Below are positions 1 through 10,723 of a stretch of DNA of 64,000 nt, piece by piece. A program made the position numbers and the translations under genes. The stretch spans positions 896,001 to 960,000 of the forward strand of contig JAXHMY010000001.1 of the NCBI GenBank assembly GCA_034520965.1, in the 5' to 3' direction. The number at the start of each line of letters is the position of its first letter. Positions within the stretch are counted from its first letter, which is position 1. The notes below the pieces were generated by a model. It worked only from the letters and a program-made list of their open reading frames with translations, made no database searches and had not been told where the DNA came from. This stretch comes from Spirochaetia bacterium (GTDB lineage: Bacteria; Spirochaetota; Spirochaetia; DSM-16054; Sediminispirochaetaceae).

Positions 1-139
1 CGAATAACCGCTGGGTTTCCGCTGCTCAAAGGCGGTTTTCACCCTCCGGCGTACACTTTTTTCAGAGTTTATTAATAAAACTAGTCCCATAGCTGTCCCT
101 TGTACTTTCTAAGCATTAAGTTTCTTTTCGGAATTTCTG

Positions 140-355
140 CTAGGCGTAGCGAGCTATTTCGCCGGTCTCGGCCTCAATAAAATAACCGGTTCTGAGGCAG
201 GTTTCAAACAGGTTCGTACTCATTTGGTGGCGAGTTTCCTTAAAACCCCAGCGCCTTTCCTGCTTCATCAGTAAGGTATAACCGCTGCTGCTCTTTTCCA
301 GTACCTCAACGTAAGTTCTATACTCACCATCACCTTTTACTACATAGTGTTTCAT
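140..355 (-). CDS. Small hypothetical protein (71 aa)
   Basis: ATG start with a GAGG RBS upstream; no recognisable motif. Confidence 0.65.
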   Translation of the reverse strand: MKHYVVKGDGEYRTYVEVLEKSSSGYTLLMKQERRWGFKETRHQMSTNLFETCLRTGYFIEAETGEIARYA

Positions 356-478
356 GAAATTACCTCGCTTTCAGTATGTCCTGTAGTTATTTTCGGCATA
401 TAAGGAAATTATTTGAGGTAATTCCGGTGATAATACAGCTGCACTTTTAGTTAACTTGTTAAGTTTTTAGTCCAGCTT

Positions 479-1560
479 TTAGTCCAGCACCAGAAATTTG
501 TCTTCAATGTGCTCGAGCATCCAGCGTGCCTTCTCCTGGAGAATGGTGTTTTCAAGTCGCATTTCTGGGTACTTATCAACTTCGATCGACAGGGCTTTCT
601 CCAGGAGCCGTCGATACTCCTGAGCATCCTGGTTTTTCACGGCTATACTCCCGGCCAGGGCGACATACGGGCCAAGGGCATGGCCATCGGATAGTTCAAC
701 AGCTTGGTTAAAATGAAAACGGGCTTTCTGTTCAAGAGTGGTGGTGGCGGTGGCTCGGCGTCGGCGAAATCGTGCCTGGAATAAAACCTGTCTAAACTGC
801 CCTTTGCATATGTGCCAATTTCGGAAGTTCCAAACAGCATCTGCACATCCGGAATCCCGCCGTATATCTCCAGCATTAGTGAATGCAGGGCCCCCTGCTT
901 GTACTGCGGATCAACTTCCAGGGCGCGAACCGCCAGCGCAACCGGCCGGGGCAGCTCCATCAACAGCCCCATATCGAATCCGGCCGCTGAAACGGCCCCC
1001 ATCCAGCCGGCCGCCGCCCAATAGAGCCCGCGCAGGTCCTCCGCCTCCATGTGCATTAAGTAAGAAGAGCCCCGGCCGCTTTCCAGGGCAGCGCGAAAGC
1101 CCGGATACTCAAGCTCAAGCGAGCGCAGGGCGTAATCCCGGCCCCTCAGGTACATATTGCGGGCCCGCTGGAGCATCTCCTTTTGACGCTCAAGCTGCCG
1201 GTACTCGAGCATGCCCGCGGGGGTGTGAATAAAGGCATTTGCATACGAGATAAAGCCTTCGGCGGTAGCCTCCAGCAGGTCTCGGTTCTCCGGATTGCTC
1301 TGGAGCAGGCTTTCATACATCTTCAGTGCAAAGGGAAGGGCATCCTTCACCAGCTCCGGGTCGCCGTCGCTGCTGAACACCGAGCTTCCCCGGGGCGAGG
1401 CAACCGCATCGGCCACCATCGACGTGGCCATCTTGTTGATGGAACAGGAGGAGAGAACTGCCGCGCCTAGCAAAACAAGAGGTACAACAAGCGGTAAAAC
1501 AAGATGTATATCAAGCGGCGGAGCACTTCTTTCTGACTTCATACCTGAGTACCTATTCAC
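479..1560 (-). CDS. tatT: TRAP/TPAT transporter TatT-family TPR lipoprotein (frameshift near 745-760)
   Basis: Lipobox LSSC and 'GDPELVKDALPFALKMYESLL'. The C-terminus continues in another frame (...GPYVALAGSIAVKNQD...KARWMLEHIEDKFLVLD*) to the stop at 479. Confidence 0.8.
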
Positions 1561-2917
1561 CAGAATCTACAATTTGAAGGTTAAACCAAGCCCAACAAAA
1601 GAGCCCTGTACATCCGCCGGATTTGTATAAGATCAGTGCCGTCAAGGTACTGTAACGAATGTCATCGAACAAACCGATATACATGCTGTAGCCGGCATTC
1701 AGGTTCAGCATCATATCCCGGGTAAACAGATAATTCACACTCAGTTTTGCGGTTCCCCCGAAACTGGCGAGAAAACTAAAATTATCTCTGAACTCTTCAT
1801 CACCAAGAATTGGCACCATTGTACCAAGACCAACCGAAGCCGAAGGGGCGATACTCAGCCGGCCGAGCCGCAGGTTGTACTCCATTCCTACATACGAGAT
1901 TACCGGAAACCATATGAATAGATTATCTCCGAGGGGTACTTCCACCCCTGCTATAGGCCGCCAGTCATAGTAGCCCCTGGTAGCTGTTGCTTCGAGTCCA
2001 ATTACAAACCTATTTTCTATACCATCCGGAGCATTATCCTGGAGAACGTGGGCATATACTTCGGCATTCACTCCAAGCCGGGGAATTTCCTGCATCTGGT
2101 CGCCGATACCCGGTTTTTTACTACTGTAAACCTTGGTTGCAGTCGAGATTTGCTCGTCCACATCCTTTATCACAAACAGTCCGGCCTCTTCCGTACGGGT
2201 AAAACCGGAGGAGAGTATCCGGGATTCAGTAAGCGAATATTCATCACCAACCCGCACACCCATATTACGGCCGAACTCAATAATAACTTTTCTGCCATCA
2301 ATGTCCACAATTCCTGTTTTCAACTGGAACTCGGGTATGCTGCGCAGTTCATACTGCAGCTGTATTGGAATCATATCTACGGCGCTTTTTACGGCCTGCC
2401 TGGAATTATCTCCGCTTGCGCTGGTATCTATCTGGAAGCTGGCAAAGGCTTCGGCGGTATCCACCTTAATAAAGGTAAAAGAGGTCTGCAGTTCCGCCTC
2501 ATACTCACCACCCTCTTGATATACGTTGTAATAGGAGATAACCGGTACCACCACGATAAAAGAGCCTACCAGCTTATTGAAGTCGGCCTCGGTGAAGGTC
2601 TCTTCTCCTAGGCGTACTGCCTCCGGTATTTCAACATTCTCCTGCTTGAGCTCTTTGATTTTATTGATAAACTCATCAATCTCATTTGAGTCTAACCTAT
2701 AGTTCATTCCAAGGATGTTAAACCGGCCTAAATCTATAAACACATTCTGGATTGATTGGTCAACCAGGCCTAAGGCACCACTTGGAACGGAATAGTCTGA
2801 ATAGCTGAGGTTAAAAACTGCAATATCTTTTTTCTCCGACACTTCCTGGGCACCCGCCGGCATTACTCCCAGCAGCCCGACTAAAAGCACTACCGCCCAC
2901 CATGTTCTCCACCGCAT
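1553..2917 (-). CDS. Exported protein with CsgG/TolB-N-like and FlgT-C-like domains and a probable C-terminal beta-barrel
   Basis: Signal peptide (…PAGA/Q), 'IAVFNL', 'IIEFGRNMGVRVGDEY', and alternating aromatic/glycine beta-strands in the C-terminal third. The extreme C-terminus may be frameshifted. Confidence 0.6.
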   Translation of the reverse strand: MRWRTWWAVVLLVGLLGVMPAGAQEVSEKKDIAVFNLSYSDYSVPSGALGLVDQSIQNVFIDLGRFNILGMNYRLDSNEIDEFINKIKELKQENVEIPEAVRLGEETFTEADFNKLVGSFIVVVPVISYYNVYQEGGEYEAELQTSFTFIKVDTAEAFASFQIDTSASGDNSRQAVKSAVDMIPIQLQYELRSIPEFQLKTGIVDIDGRKVIIEFGRNMGVRVGDEYSLTESRILSSGFTRTEEAGLFVIKDVDEQISTATKVYSSKKPGIGDQMQEIPRLGVNAEVYAHVLQDNAPDGIENRFVIGLEATATRGYYDWRPIAGVEVPLGDNLFIWFPVISYVGMEYNLRLGRLSIAPSASVGLGTMVPILGDEEFRDNFSFLASFGGTAKLSVNYLFTRDMMLNLNAGYSMYIGLFDDIRYSTLTALILYKSGGCTGLFCWAWFNLQIVDSGE

Positions 2918-3040
2918 ACCTGTTCCTCCTTAGGTTGAATACAGATAGAAGCATACTATCAAGCCCGCCAAATTTCAATATTCTTATTAATTTTCCGGTT
3001 TTAGCCGCCTTTATTGCGGCTGTTATCTCGTCCGCCCCTG

Positions 3041-4189
3041 CTATTCGAGCCCGGGCAGCGTTTCCCAGCGTCCTTCCCGCCAGCTGCGCATTCCAAGCTC
3101 CGCCAGTTGGACTCCCTTCGCCCCTTCCAGCAGACTCCATCGAAAGGGTTCATCTTCGGCCACATGGCGCAGAAACAGCTCCCACTGGGCTTTGAAGGCA
3201 TTTCCTGCAGAATCTCGGGTGGGCATTGCGGTCCAGCCGGCGTAATAGTCGATGGGGCTTTCAATATCCGGGTTCCACACCGGCTTTGGAGTAGCAGAGT
3301 CATGCTGCACATAGCAGTCGCGCAGGCCCGCTACTGCACTGCCCGCGGTTCCATCTACCTGCAGGGTCAAAAGGTCGTCCCGGCGTACCCGGACCGCCCA
3401 GGAGCTGTTGAACTGGCAGACTATTCCGTTCTTCAGCTTAAAAATCGCATAGGCTGAGTCATCAGCCGTGCATGTGTATTCCTTGCCCTGTTCATCGATA
3501 CGGCTGGGTATATGAGTGGACCCCAGACTGGTCAGCGATTCGATCTCACCGAACAGGTTATCGATAACATAACGCCAGTGGCAGAACATATCGATCATGA
3601 TACCACCGCCCTCCTCTTTCCGGTAGTTCCAGGAAGGCCGCTGGCTAGGCTGATGATAACCGTCAAACACCCAGTATCCAAACTCGCCCCGCACCGATAA
3701 TATGCGCCCGAAGAATCCGCTTTTAATCAGATAGTCCAGCTTGAGCACACCCGGCAGCCACAGCTTATCCTGCACTACCCCGTGCTTCACTCCCGCTGCC
3801 TCTGCGGCGGTGTACAATTCCAGAGCTTCCGCGGCGGTGGTTCCGGTAGGCTTTTCACAATAGATGTGTTTACCCGCCTTTATAGCCCGGTGAATTCCCT
3901 CGGCCCGCATAGTGGTAAGCTGACTATCAAAATAAATTTGGTTAGATTTTTCCGACAGAGCCGTATCAAGATCGGTCGTATAATGTTCAAGATGGTAGGC
4001 AGAAGAGAGCCGACGAAGTTTATTTTCGTTTCGCCCTACCAGAATCGGCACCGGATACAACTGGTTTCCATTCTTCAGCGGCAGCCCGCCCTGCTCCCTG
4101 ATTGCCAGAATAGAACGGACGAGGTGCTGATTGGTTCCCATCCGGCCGGTTACGCCGTTCATAATTATACCTATTTTTTTTACAGCCAC
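3041..4189 (-). CDS. Gfo/Idh/MocA family oxidoreductase
   Basis: N-terminal Rossmann 'GVTGRMG', 'HIYCEKP', '[12 protein letters not shown]'. Confidence 0.9.
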   Translation of the reverse strand: MAVKKIGIIMNGVTGRMGTNQHLVRSILAIREQGGLPLKNGNQLYPVPILVGRNENKLRRLSSAYHLEHYTTDLDTALSEKSNQIYFDSQLTTMRAEGIHRAIKAGKHIYCEKPTGTTAAEALELYTAAEAAGVKHGVVQDKLWLPGVLKLDYLIKSGFFGRILSVRGEFGYWVFDGYHQPSQRPSWNYRKEEGGGIMIDMFCHWRYVIDNLFGEIESLTSLGSTHIPSRIDEQGKEYTCTADDSAYAIFKLKNGIVCQFNSSWAVRVRRDDLLTLQVDGTAGSAVAGLRDCYVQHDSATPKPVWNPDIESPIDYYAGWTAMPTRDSAGNAFKAQWELFLRHVAEDEPFRWSLLEGAKGVQLAELGMRSWREGRWETLPGLE

Positions 4190-4225
4190 CTGCTGTACCT
4201 CCTGAAATTTGCTTTAGAAAGTGCC

Positions 4226-5065
4226 TTATGTGTGTGTCTTATACGCTTCTAAAATCATATCGAGAAAACGGTTTTGATCCATAGTCCAATAGTAGGTGGA
4301 AAAAATTTCAACTTCAATAAAACCGTCAAACCCTGCCTGTTCGACCCAACCGCGAATTTGTCCCACCGGTATGCATCCCTCTCCCATCAAAGCCCGGTCG
4401 TGCAGCAGATCACGGGTGGGTGAACGCCAGTCGCATACATGAAAGGCGAAAATACGGCCCCCTTCCCCGGAGCGGGCAATTTCCCGCTGCAGCTCCGGAT
4501 CCCACCACAGGTGGTACACATCCACCGCCACCCCTACGTTAGCAGAGCCTATGCGTTCACACATATCATTGGCCTGTTTTAGAGTGTTTACAGCCGAACG
4601 GGTATCCGCGTACATCGGATGCAGGGGTTCAATTGAAAGCCTCACCCCCGCCGCTTCGGCGGCCTCGTTCATCTTCACAATTCCCTCTTCAATCTGCGCG
4701 CGGGAATCCTCCAGGGGCTGCCGCGGATCGGCCCCCGGGACAAGTACAATCGAGGGGGCTCCCAACTCGGCCGCCTCTTCGACGGCCAGCAAATTGTTCT
4801 CCAGGGCAGCGACTCTTTTGCTTTTTTCAGTGGATGCAAAGAAACCGCCCCGGCACAGGGAAACTACTTGCAGGCCGGCCTCTTTAATCTGCCGCCCCAC
4901 CGCAGTAATCGAGCGCCCCTCCAGGGTATCCCTCCAGACGGTGATGCCCTGTACACCTGCTTTGGCGTACTGTTCTATTGCTATCTCTATACTCCACGGC
5001 TTGGTGGTGATGCTGTGCACACATAAACGACCGGTATCATTCAGCGGCATTGTTTGCGAACTCAT
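4226..5065 (-). CDS. Sugar phosphate isomerase/epimerase (xylose-isomerase-like TIM barrel)
   Basis: 'LSIEPLHP', 'DVYHLWWD', 'FHVCDW', 'GEGCIP', 'EVEIFS' metal-binding motifs. Confidence 0.88.
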   Translation of the reverse strand: MSSQTMPLNDTGRLCVHSITTKPWSIEIAIEQYAKAGVQGITVWRDTLEGRSITAVGRQIKEAGLQVVSLCRGGFFASTEKSKRVAALENNLLAVEEAAELGAPSIVLVPGADPRQPLEDSRAQIEEGIVKMNEAAEAAGVRLSIEPLHPMYADTRSAVNTLKQANDMCERIGSANVGVAVDVYHLWWDPELQREIARSGEGGRIFAFHVCDWRSPTRDLLHDRALMGEGCIPVGQIRGWVEQAGFDGFIEVEIFSTYYWTMDQNRFLDMILEAYKTHT

Positions 5066-5084
5066 ACACTTTTCCTCTTCTGTT

Positions 5085-6503
5085 TTAGAACGGATTTAAA
5101 TCGACAGCCTGAAAACTCAGGTAAGGCCCGTCCTCAGCCAGCCGCTGCACATACACCGCCAGTTCCATCAGATGGTAGTCGCCCCACATGCAGGACTCAC
5201 CGTTTGGTATATGCTGCCCCGCCTGCACATGGTCCCAGCCATTCGGCCGATGGTAAATTGAGTGCAGCAGGAGCCCCTGATGATCCTCGTCACTTGAAAG
5301 ATAGGGTTCCTTGCACAAGGCGGCCGCCACGGTAAGCCCGGCTTGAAAGTAGCGGGAACCTGCGTCCCGGTCGGAAGCCTCCCCCTGCTGCAGGTAACGG
5401 CCCAGCCGCAGGAGCCCCTGGGCGGCAATTGCCGCCGCAGAGCTGTCCACCGGCTCCCACTGGTTATACGGCTCGGCCGGCCGGTTTTGGTAGTCACCCA
5501 ACTTGTGGAGGTTAGGAGCTCCCGTGTCCCAGTAGGGAATTCCATCGCTCGGCATCTGGTCAATATAAAAATCCGCCGTAGCCCGGGCTACCTCCAAAAA
5601 GCGATTGAGCACGGACTGTTTGTCGGGGAAATAGGGCAGCTCCAGAGCACTGAACTCCTGTTCCGGCAGGGTAGAGAAAAACTCCAGCTCTTCGGCAAAA
5701 CCGCAGAGGATCCATGCATGCCCGCGGGTCCAAGTACTAAAGGGCGAGTATCCCTGCTGACTACTGGGGCAGCGAAAGGCCCCGTTGGTGGTATTAAAAA
5801 TCGCCTCATGGGCTGTGCGGCCCCGGATATCGTAACTGTCCCGCTTCCCATTCCCAAAGTACACATTAAAGCGGGCACTTGTTTCGGCATGCTGCAGCAG
5901 CCGTCGAAGCAGCGAAATTTTCTGGTCACCCTCGCCCATCAGCACATGTCCGAAACGGTGGGCCACAGCCAGAATTCGCATACTGCGGATCGTATCGACA
6001 AACAGCGAATGAGGGCCGTTAAAGGTATACACATAGCCCAGATCCTTCGGCAGAGGCGTCCAGCGGGCAGCCTGCACCGCCCCCGAAACCTTCAGTGCCA
6101 AACGGTAAAACTCAGCTTCCCATTCATCATGGCTAATCCGCCCCTCGCCCATGAGCCGCAGGAGGTTACCGTAGGTACTTATATTGTTAAACCCATGGTC
6201 GTGCACCCCGGTATGGCTCACATGGGGGGCCATTAGCTCCACTGTTCTGCGGCGGCCGACTTCCAAAAAAGAGCTGTCCCCGGTTCCGTCAAACTGCAGA
6301 ATCGGAATGCCGAACTGAAAGCCCTGGGTCCATTCGGTCCAGCCCCGGGTAGTGTATTTTCCATTTACCGTATATACCGGAGTCCCTTGGCTGCGATCCC
6401 AGGCGGCATCCAAGTTTCGTATTTTCGGTCCCGCGGAGGTGAATACCTGCTGGATATCGGGCTTTAATTTTATTGGTGTAAGGTTCTCATCAATATTTAT
6501 CAT
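5085..6503 (-). CDS. Glycoside hydrolase family 88-like (unsaturated glucuronyl hydrolase fold)
   Basis: 'WTQGF', 'HDHGF', 'QQGYSPFSTWTRGHAW', 'DSSAAAIAA', 'WGDYH'. Start placed at the ATG at 6503. Confidence 0.8.
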   Translation of the reverse strand: MINIDENLTPIKLKPDIQQVFTSAGPKIRNLDAAWDRSQGTPVYTVNGKYTTRGWTEWTQGFQFGIPILQFDGTGDSSFLEVGRRRTVELMAPHVSHTGVHDHGFNNISTYGNLLRLMGEGRISHDEWEAEFYRLALKVSGAVQAARWTPLPKDLGYVYTFNGPHSLFVDTIRSMRILAVAHRFGHVLMGEGDQKISLLRRLLQHAETSARFNVYFGNGKRDSYDIRGRTAHEAIFNTTNGAFRCPSSQQGYSPFSTWTRGHAWILCGFAEELEFFSTLPEQEFSALELPYFPDKQSVLNRFLEVARATADFYIDQMPSDGIPYWDTGAPNLHKLGDYQNRPAEPYNQWEPVDSSAAAIAAQGLLRLGRYLQQGEASDRDAGSRYFQAGLTVAAALCKEPYLSSDEDHQGLLLHSIYHRPNGWDHVQAGQHIPNGESCMWGDYHLMELAVYVQRLAEDGPYLSFQAVDLNPF

Positions 6504-6507
6504 TTCC

Positions 6508-7302
6508 TCACAGCTCCTTAATATGAAACCCGCCGTCGACATGAATTACCGAACCCGTAGAGAAGGCCATATCCCCCTCGATAAGCGAACGTACCGCCTT
6601 ACCAATATCTTCCGGATAGCCCCAGCGGCGCTGGGGAACCATTCCATCCGCAATGAGGGGGTCGTACTTCTGCCTTACCCCTTCGGTCATGTCGGTTGCT
6701 ATAATTCCAGGCCGGACTTCGTACACTTGCACATTCTCGCCGGCCAGTCGCCGTGCCCACAGCTGGGCTCCCATGGCAGCCCCAGCCTTGGATACACAGT
6801 ATTCACCCCGGTTCAGCGAAACCGTATCGGCGGATATGGAAGTGACAAACACCACCTTAAATCCACCGGAGAGCAGGGCCTTCGGTTGTGCCTGCATCCA
6901 GTAGCGTACCACTTTCTGGGTAAGGAAGTAGGGCCCCTGCAGGTTAATCCGCATCAGCCGTTCAAAGGACTCCTCCGTTGCATCTACGATATCATTCCGC
7001 TCCAGGGGCGCAACACCGGCGTTATTTACCAATCCGTCGATCCGTCCGAACAGGGACAACGTATGCTCCACCAGAGAGTTGCGACTCCCAGTATCTCCCA
7101 CATCTCCCTGCAGGGCAAAAAAAAGCTGTTCCTTATGAGGAGCGTAGGATTTGCATTCTTCCACCGCCGCTTCAGCTGCTTCGGCATTGCTACGGTAATT
7201 TACCCCTACCGAGCAGCCTGCTGCGGCTAATTGCGTAGCGACGCCGCGGCCGATACCGCGGCCGGCGCCCGTGACAAGTACTACCGGTCCGGCTGTGCTC
7301 AT
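6508..7302 (-). CDS. SDR oxidoreductase (3-ketoacyl-ACP-reductase-like annotation, probably sugar-acting)
   Basis: TGAGRGIG, NNAG and YCVSK motifs. Confidence 0.9.
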   Translation of the reverse strand: MSTAGPVVLVTGAGRGIGRGVATQLAAAGCSVGVNYRSNAEAAEAAVEECKSYAPHKEQLFFALQGDVGDTGSRNSLVEHTLSLFGRIDGLVNNAGVAPLERNDIVDATEESFERLMRINLQGPYFLTQKVVRYWMQAQPKALLSGGFKVVFVTSISADTVSLNRGEYCVSKAGAAMGAQLWARRLAGENVQVYEVRPGIIATDMTEGVRQKYDPLIADGMVPQRRWGYPEDIGKAVRSLIEGDMAFSTGSVIHVDGGFHIKEL

Positions 7303-8559
7303 ACCCGGGTCACCTCCACTTCGGCTCCCTTACGCTCGGCGGACAAATACCCTGCATACACCACAGCAATGGTATCGGCGGCCAGCATACTGTCGGCCTC
7401 CACCGGCTGCCCCTCGGCGGCCGCCCTGTAGAAGGCCTCCATCTCGTGCTGATACCCGGTAAACCAGTCCTCGTCCGGTGAAGTAAAGGCCCAGCCCTGT
7501 TTAGTACCGGTTTTCTCTACCACATAAATGTCGTTAAAGTACTCATCCTTGGGATTATAGGTTTGAAAGGCGGTGTTAGGGTTAATATTACAGATACCCC
7601 GGTGATTGTGAGCCGACACCTCAATCCAGTTGTGCACTCCTCCTAAGACCAATTCTGAGGCAAAAATGTCGGCAAAGGTACCATCCTCAAAGACCACATG
7701 GATAGCCGCAAAATCCTCAATGTCGGTGTAGGTAGCACGCAGATGTCCCTTGTCGATAAAGTTTTCAGAACGGGTGAGTGCATGGGTGCGGGCGCTCACC
7801 GACTGCGGTCGGATTGATCCGCCCCCGCGCATCCGTCCTTCGACCTTTTTCAAATACAGGGCGGCCGTGAGGGGATGAACTCCCTTGCCGATCATAGATC
7901 CACCCCCCGAATGCGACCATATTCCGTAGTACTGCGAATGGGAGCCCGAGTGTGACTCTTCCCCATGCATCCAGAGAATCTGGGCTCCGGTCTTCTCGAT
8001 TATCTCCCGCTCCTTCTGTACCGCCGGGGCGTAGACCCAGTTTTCCGCATAAAATATTTGTCCCTTGCTGCGTTCTTCCGCCGCCAGCAACCGCCTGACA
8101 CTGCCCAGAGCCGCCTCTAAGCCCTGCTCCCGCGGGAAGGTGTCTCCGCTGAAACCGCTCTTGCTCAGCGGGTTCAGTGCCGACCGCACCCCCTGCTTCG
8201 CCTCTTGCTTCGCCTCTTGCTTCGTCCGAAGCCTCGTCCTTGGTGGGGCCAAAATAGCCGGTAAAGGGTTTCTCAATTATTACCGTTTTATCGGCTTCCA
8301 GTGCCTGTACCGCCACCGGCTCGTGCGCTGCCGGGGGTACACAAATATGAACCACATCGGATTTCTCAATTAACTCCTCGAGAGTCTCGGCTACTTTAAT
8401 TTCATTTTTTTTGCCGAAGGCTTCACGATGCTCGCGGTGGGGCGAATAGACTCCAGTTATCTCAACCTCAACTCCATACACTCGCCGCAGGGCCTCCACA
8501 TGAAAGGATGCGGAAAAACCCGAGCCGACAATACCTGTTCTCAATGTTTGTTTCTTCAA
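7299..8559 (-). CDS. Gfo/Idh/MocA oxidoreductase (frameshift near 8155)
   Basis: N-terminal half (GIVGSGF…EKP) in ORF 7765..8559; C-terminal half (AENWVYAP…GGGSMIGKGVHP) in ORF 7299..8276. Confidence 0.85.
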
Positions 8560-8581
8560 TGTTTCCTCCTTACTTTAATAA

Positions 8582-10105
8582 TTAACCGGACCGCTTGAAA
8601 GCTCCGAACACTGTTTCCTTGGCCTGCCGCATCATCCGTCTGAACCAGGGCACCTTGCTCACCAGGGTAAACACCGTCAGCAGCACAATAATCAAACTAA
8701 TTGGCCGGGTAATCAGGGGCGTCAGGTCTCCATCGGTTATTACCAGTGCCCGCCTCAGGTTTTTATCCAAAATATCTCCCAGGATAATTCCCAATACCAG
8801 CGGTGCCACCGGGTAATCCATTTCCTTCATCATAAAACCGATCAGACCAAATACCACCATCACCCCGATTTCAAAAATACGCGAGTGGATTGCATAGGCT
8901 CCAACTACACACAGTACAAATACTACCGGCATGAGCTTTTCCCGGGGAACCAGCAATACCTTCACCAGCCCCCTGACCATCGACATACCCAGCACATACA
9001 TCCCGATGGTGGCCATAAACACCATTGCCACCGTTTGATACACAAACTCCGGTGATTCCATCATTATTAAAGGACCCGGCCGGACATTATGAATAAACAT
9101 AGCCGCCAGCAAAACCGCCGCCGGGGCCGAGCCGGGAATGGCGAGGGCGAGTACCGGAATAATGGTTCCTCCAACCGCCGCATTATTTGCGGTTTCCGCC
9201 GAAATGAGGCCCTCGTAGCTGCCCTTTCCGTACTTCTCCGGTTCCTTGCTTGCATTCTTCGCAAAGTCGTAGGAGACCCAGGAAGCGATATCCTCTCCAA
9301 CTCCGGGTATCGCCCCCACAAAGGTGCCGATAACTCCCGAGCGGATGATAGTCTTCCAGTGTTTTATAACATCCTTGGGTTTGGGAAACACCCGGTTTAT
9401 CTTCGTTTCGATTACCTCAAGCTTCCGGTTCTTCATTACCGAGATAATTTCGGAAAAACCAAACACCCCGACCATTGCCGGAATCAGGTCAATCCCTCCA
9501 GAGAGATTTACACTATTAAATGAGAAGCGCACATAGGCATGAATCCCTTCCATCCCTATCATTGCCACAAACAAGCCTAGAAAACCGGCTATCCAGCCCT
9601 TGAGGGGATCCTTAGGGGCAGTCAGGTTTCCGCTAATCACCACGCCAAAAATGGCCAGGGCAAAAAACTCAAAGGATTGAAAGTTCAGTGCAAGATTTCC
9701 GATAAGCGGGGTAAAAATCGCCAAAAACAGAAGTCCGATCATAGAGCCGAAAAAAGAACCGGTGGTACCGATCCCGATCGCACTGCCCGCAAAGCCGCTC
9801 CGGGCCAGGGGGTGCCCGTCCATTGCAGTGGCCGCATTGGCCGGAGTCCCGGGTATGTTAAGCAGGATCGCACTGCGGCTGCCGCCGTAGATGGCTCCCA
9901 CATACATACAAATTAATATTAGCACCGCCTGGCTGGCGGGCATCTTGAAAGTGAGGGTAGTCATCAGAGCTATTCCCATCGTGGCGGTTAAGCCGGGAAG
10001 CATTCCGACAAGTATCCCCAACTGGGTAGCCCACAATACATGAAAAATGGACCAGAAATTCATGTACTCCATTAGTCCGTCAAAGAACATTACAAGTCCA
10101 TGCAT
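8582..10105 (-). CDS. tctA: Tripartite tricarboxylate transporter permease TctA
   Basis: 'GMLPGLTATM', 'YGGSRSAILLNIPGTP', 'ETANNA' repeats. Confidence 0.93.
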   Translation of the reverse strand: MHGLVMFFDGLMEYMNFWSIFHVLWATQLGILVGMLPGLTATMGIALMTTLTFKMPASQAVLILICMYVGAIYGGSRSAILLNIPGTPANAATAMDGHPLARSGFAGSAIGIGTTGSFFGSMIGLLFLAIFTPLIGNLALNFQSFEFFALAIFGVVISGNLTAPKDPLKGWIAGFLGLFVAMIGMEGIHAYVRFSFNSVNLSGGIDLIPAMVGVFGFSEIISVMKNRKLEVIETKINRVFPKPKDVIKHWKTIIRSGVIGTFVGAIPGVGEDIASWVSYDFAKNASKEPEKYGKGSYEGLISAETANNAAVGGTIIPVLALAIPGSAPAAVLLAAMFIHNVRPGPLIMMESPEFVYQTVAMVFMATIGMYVLGMSMVRGLVKVLLVPREKLMPVVFVLCVVGAYAIHSRIFEIGVMVVFGLIGFMMKEMDYPVAPLVLGIILGDILDKNLRRALVITDGDLTPLITRPISLIIVLLTVFTLVSKVPWFRRMMRQAKETVFGAFKRSG

Positions 10106-10121
10106 ACTACAACAGCCTCCT

Positions 10122-10652
10122 TTAAGGCAAACTCACCAAGAACAGGTAGCGAAATATCGCAGTCACTATAGCAGAAACTAGGATTGCCATAACTGCAGCA
10201 ATAAACAGCTTTTTCTTCTTTCTTTTGGGCGGATCATTTTTCTGATATTCAAATATTCCAATAAAAGCAAATACAAACAGAAAGGTGGATAGCAGATAGG
10301 GCAGACGGCCGACCAAACCCCAGGCGTACACCAGGGTAAGCGCAATTGTACCGATGGCCCGCAGGATCGAATCCTTTATAAAAAAGGCGCGGGTCTTCTT
10401 CCCGTTAATCTCTAATATGTATCCCCTCTGGCGAATTGATCGCACCAACATAATCAGGGCAAATATTCCGATTACCACTCCTAAAAAGCCGGGGACAATC
10501 CCCGGTACCGACAGCGGGTTTACCTCCCGGTTTTCCAGGCGCGGCATATTAATCGACATCACCACCACAGACACCGCAAATACCAATAATACTAGTGAAC
10601 TGATAAAATCTGCTTTCGGCATATCTTTTTCATTCATATTCCTACTCCTCAC
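10122..10652 (-). CDS. tctB: Tripartite tricarboxylate transporter TctB
   Basis: 4-5 TM helices, 'PGIVP', C-terminal 'LFLVSLP', located between tctC and tctA. Confidence 0.85.
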   Translation of the reverse strand: MRSRNMNEKDMPKADFISSLVLLVFAVSVVVMSINMPRLENREVNPLSVPGIVPGFLGVVIGIFALIMLVRSIRQRGYILEINGKKTRAFFIKDSILRAIGTIALTLVYAWGLVGRLPYLLSTFLFVFAFIGIFEYQKNDPPKRKKKKLFIAAVMAILVSAIVTAIFRYLFLVSLP

Positions 10653-10673
10653 GCAAGCTGCATATACCGTAAC

Positions 10674-10704
10674 TGCAGCGGCAGCTTAGGTGCCTGCCGC
10701 TGCA
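10674..10704. other. Intergenic stem-loop between tctC and tctB
   Basis: TGCAGCGGCAG-N9-CTGCCGCTGCA, a typical mRNA-stabilising hairpin after a binding-protein gene. Confidence 0.55.
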
Positions 10705-10723
10705 TAGGTCGCACAAATTTAGT

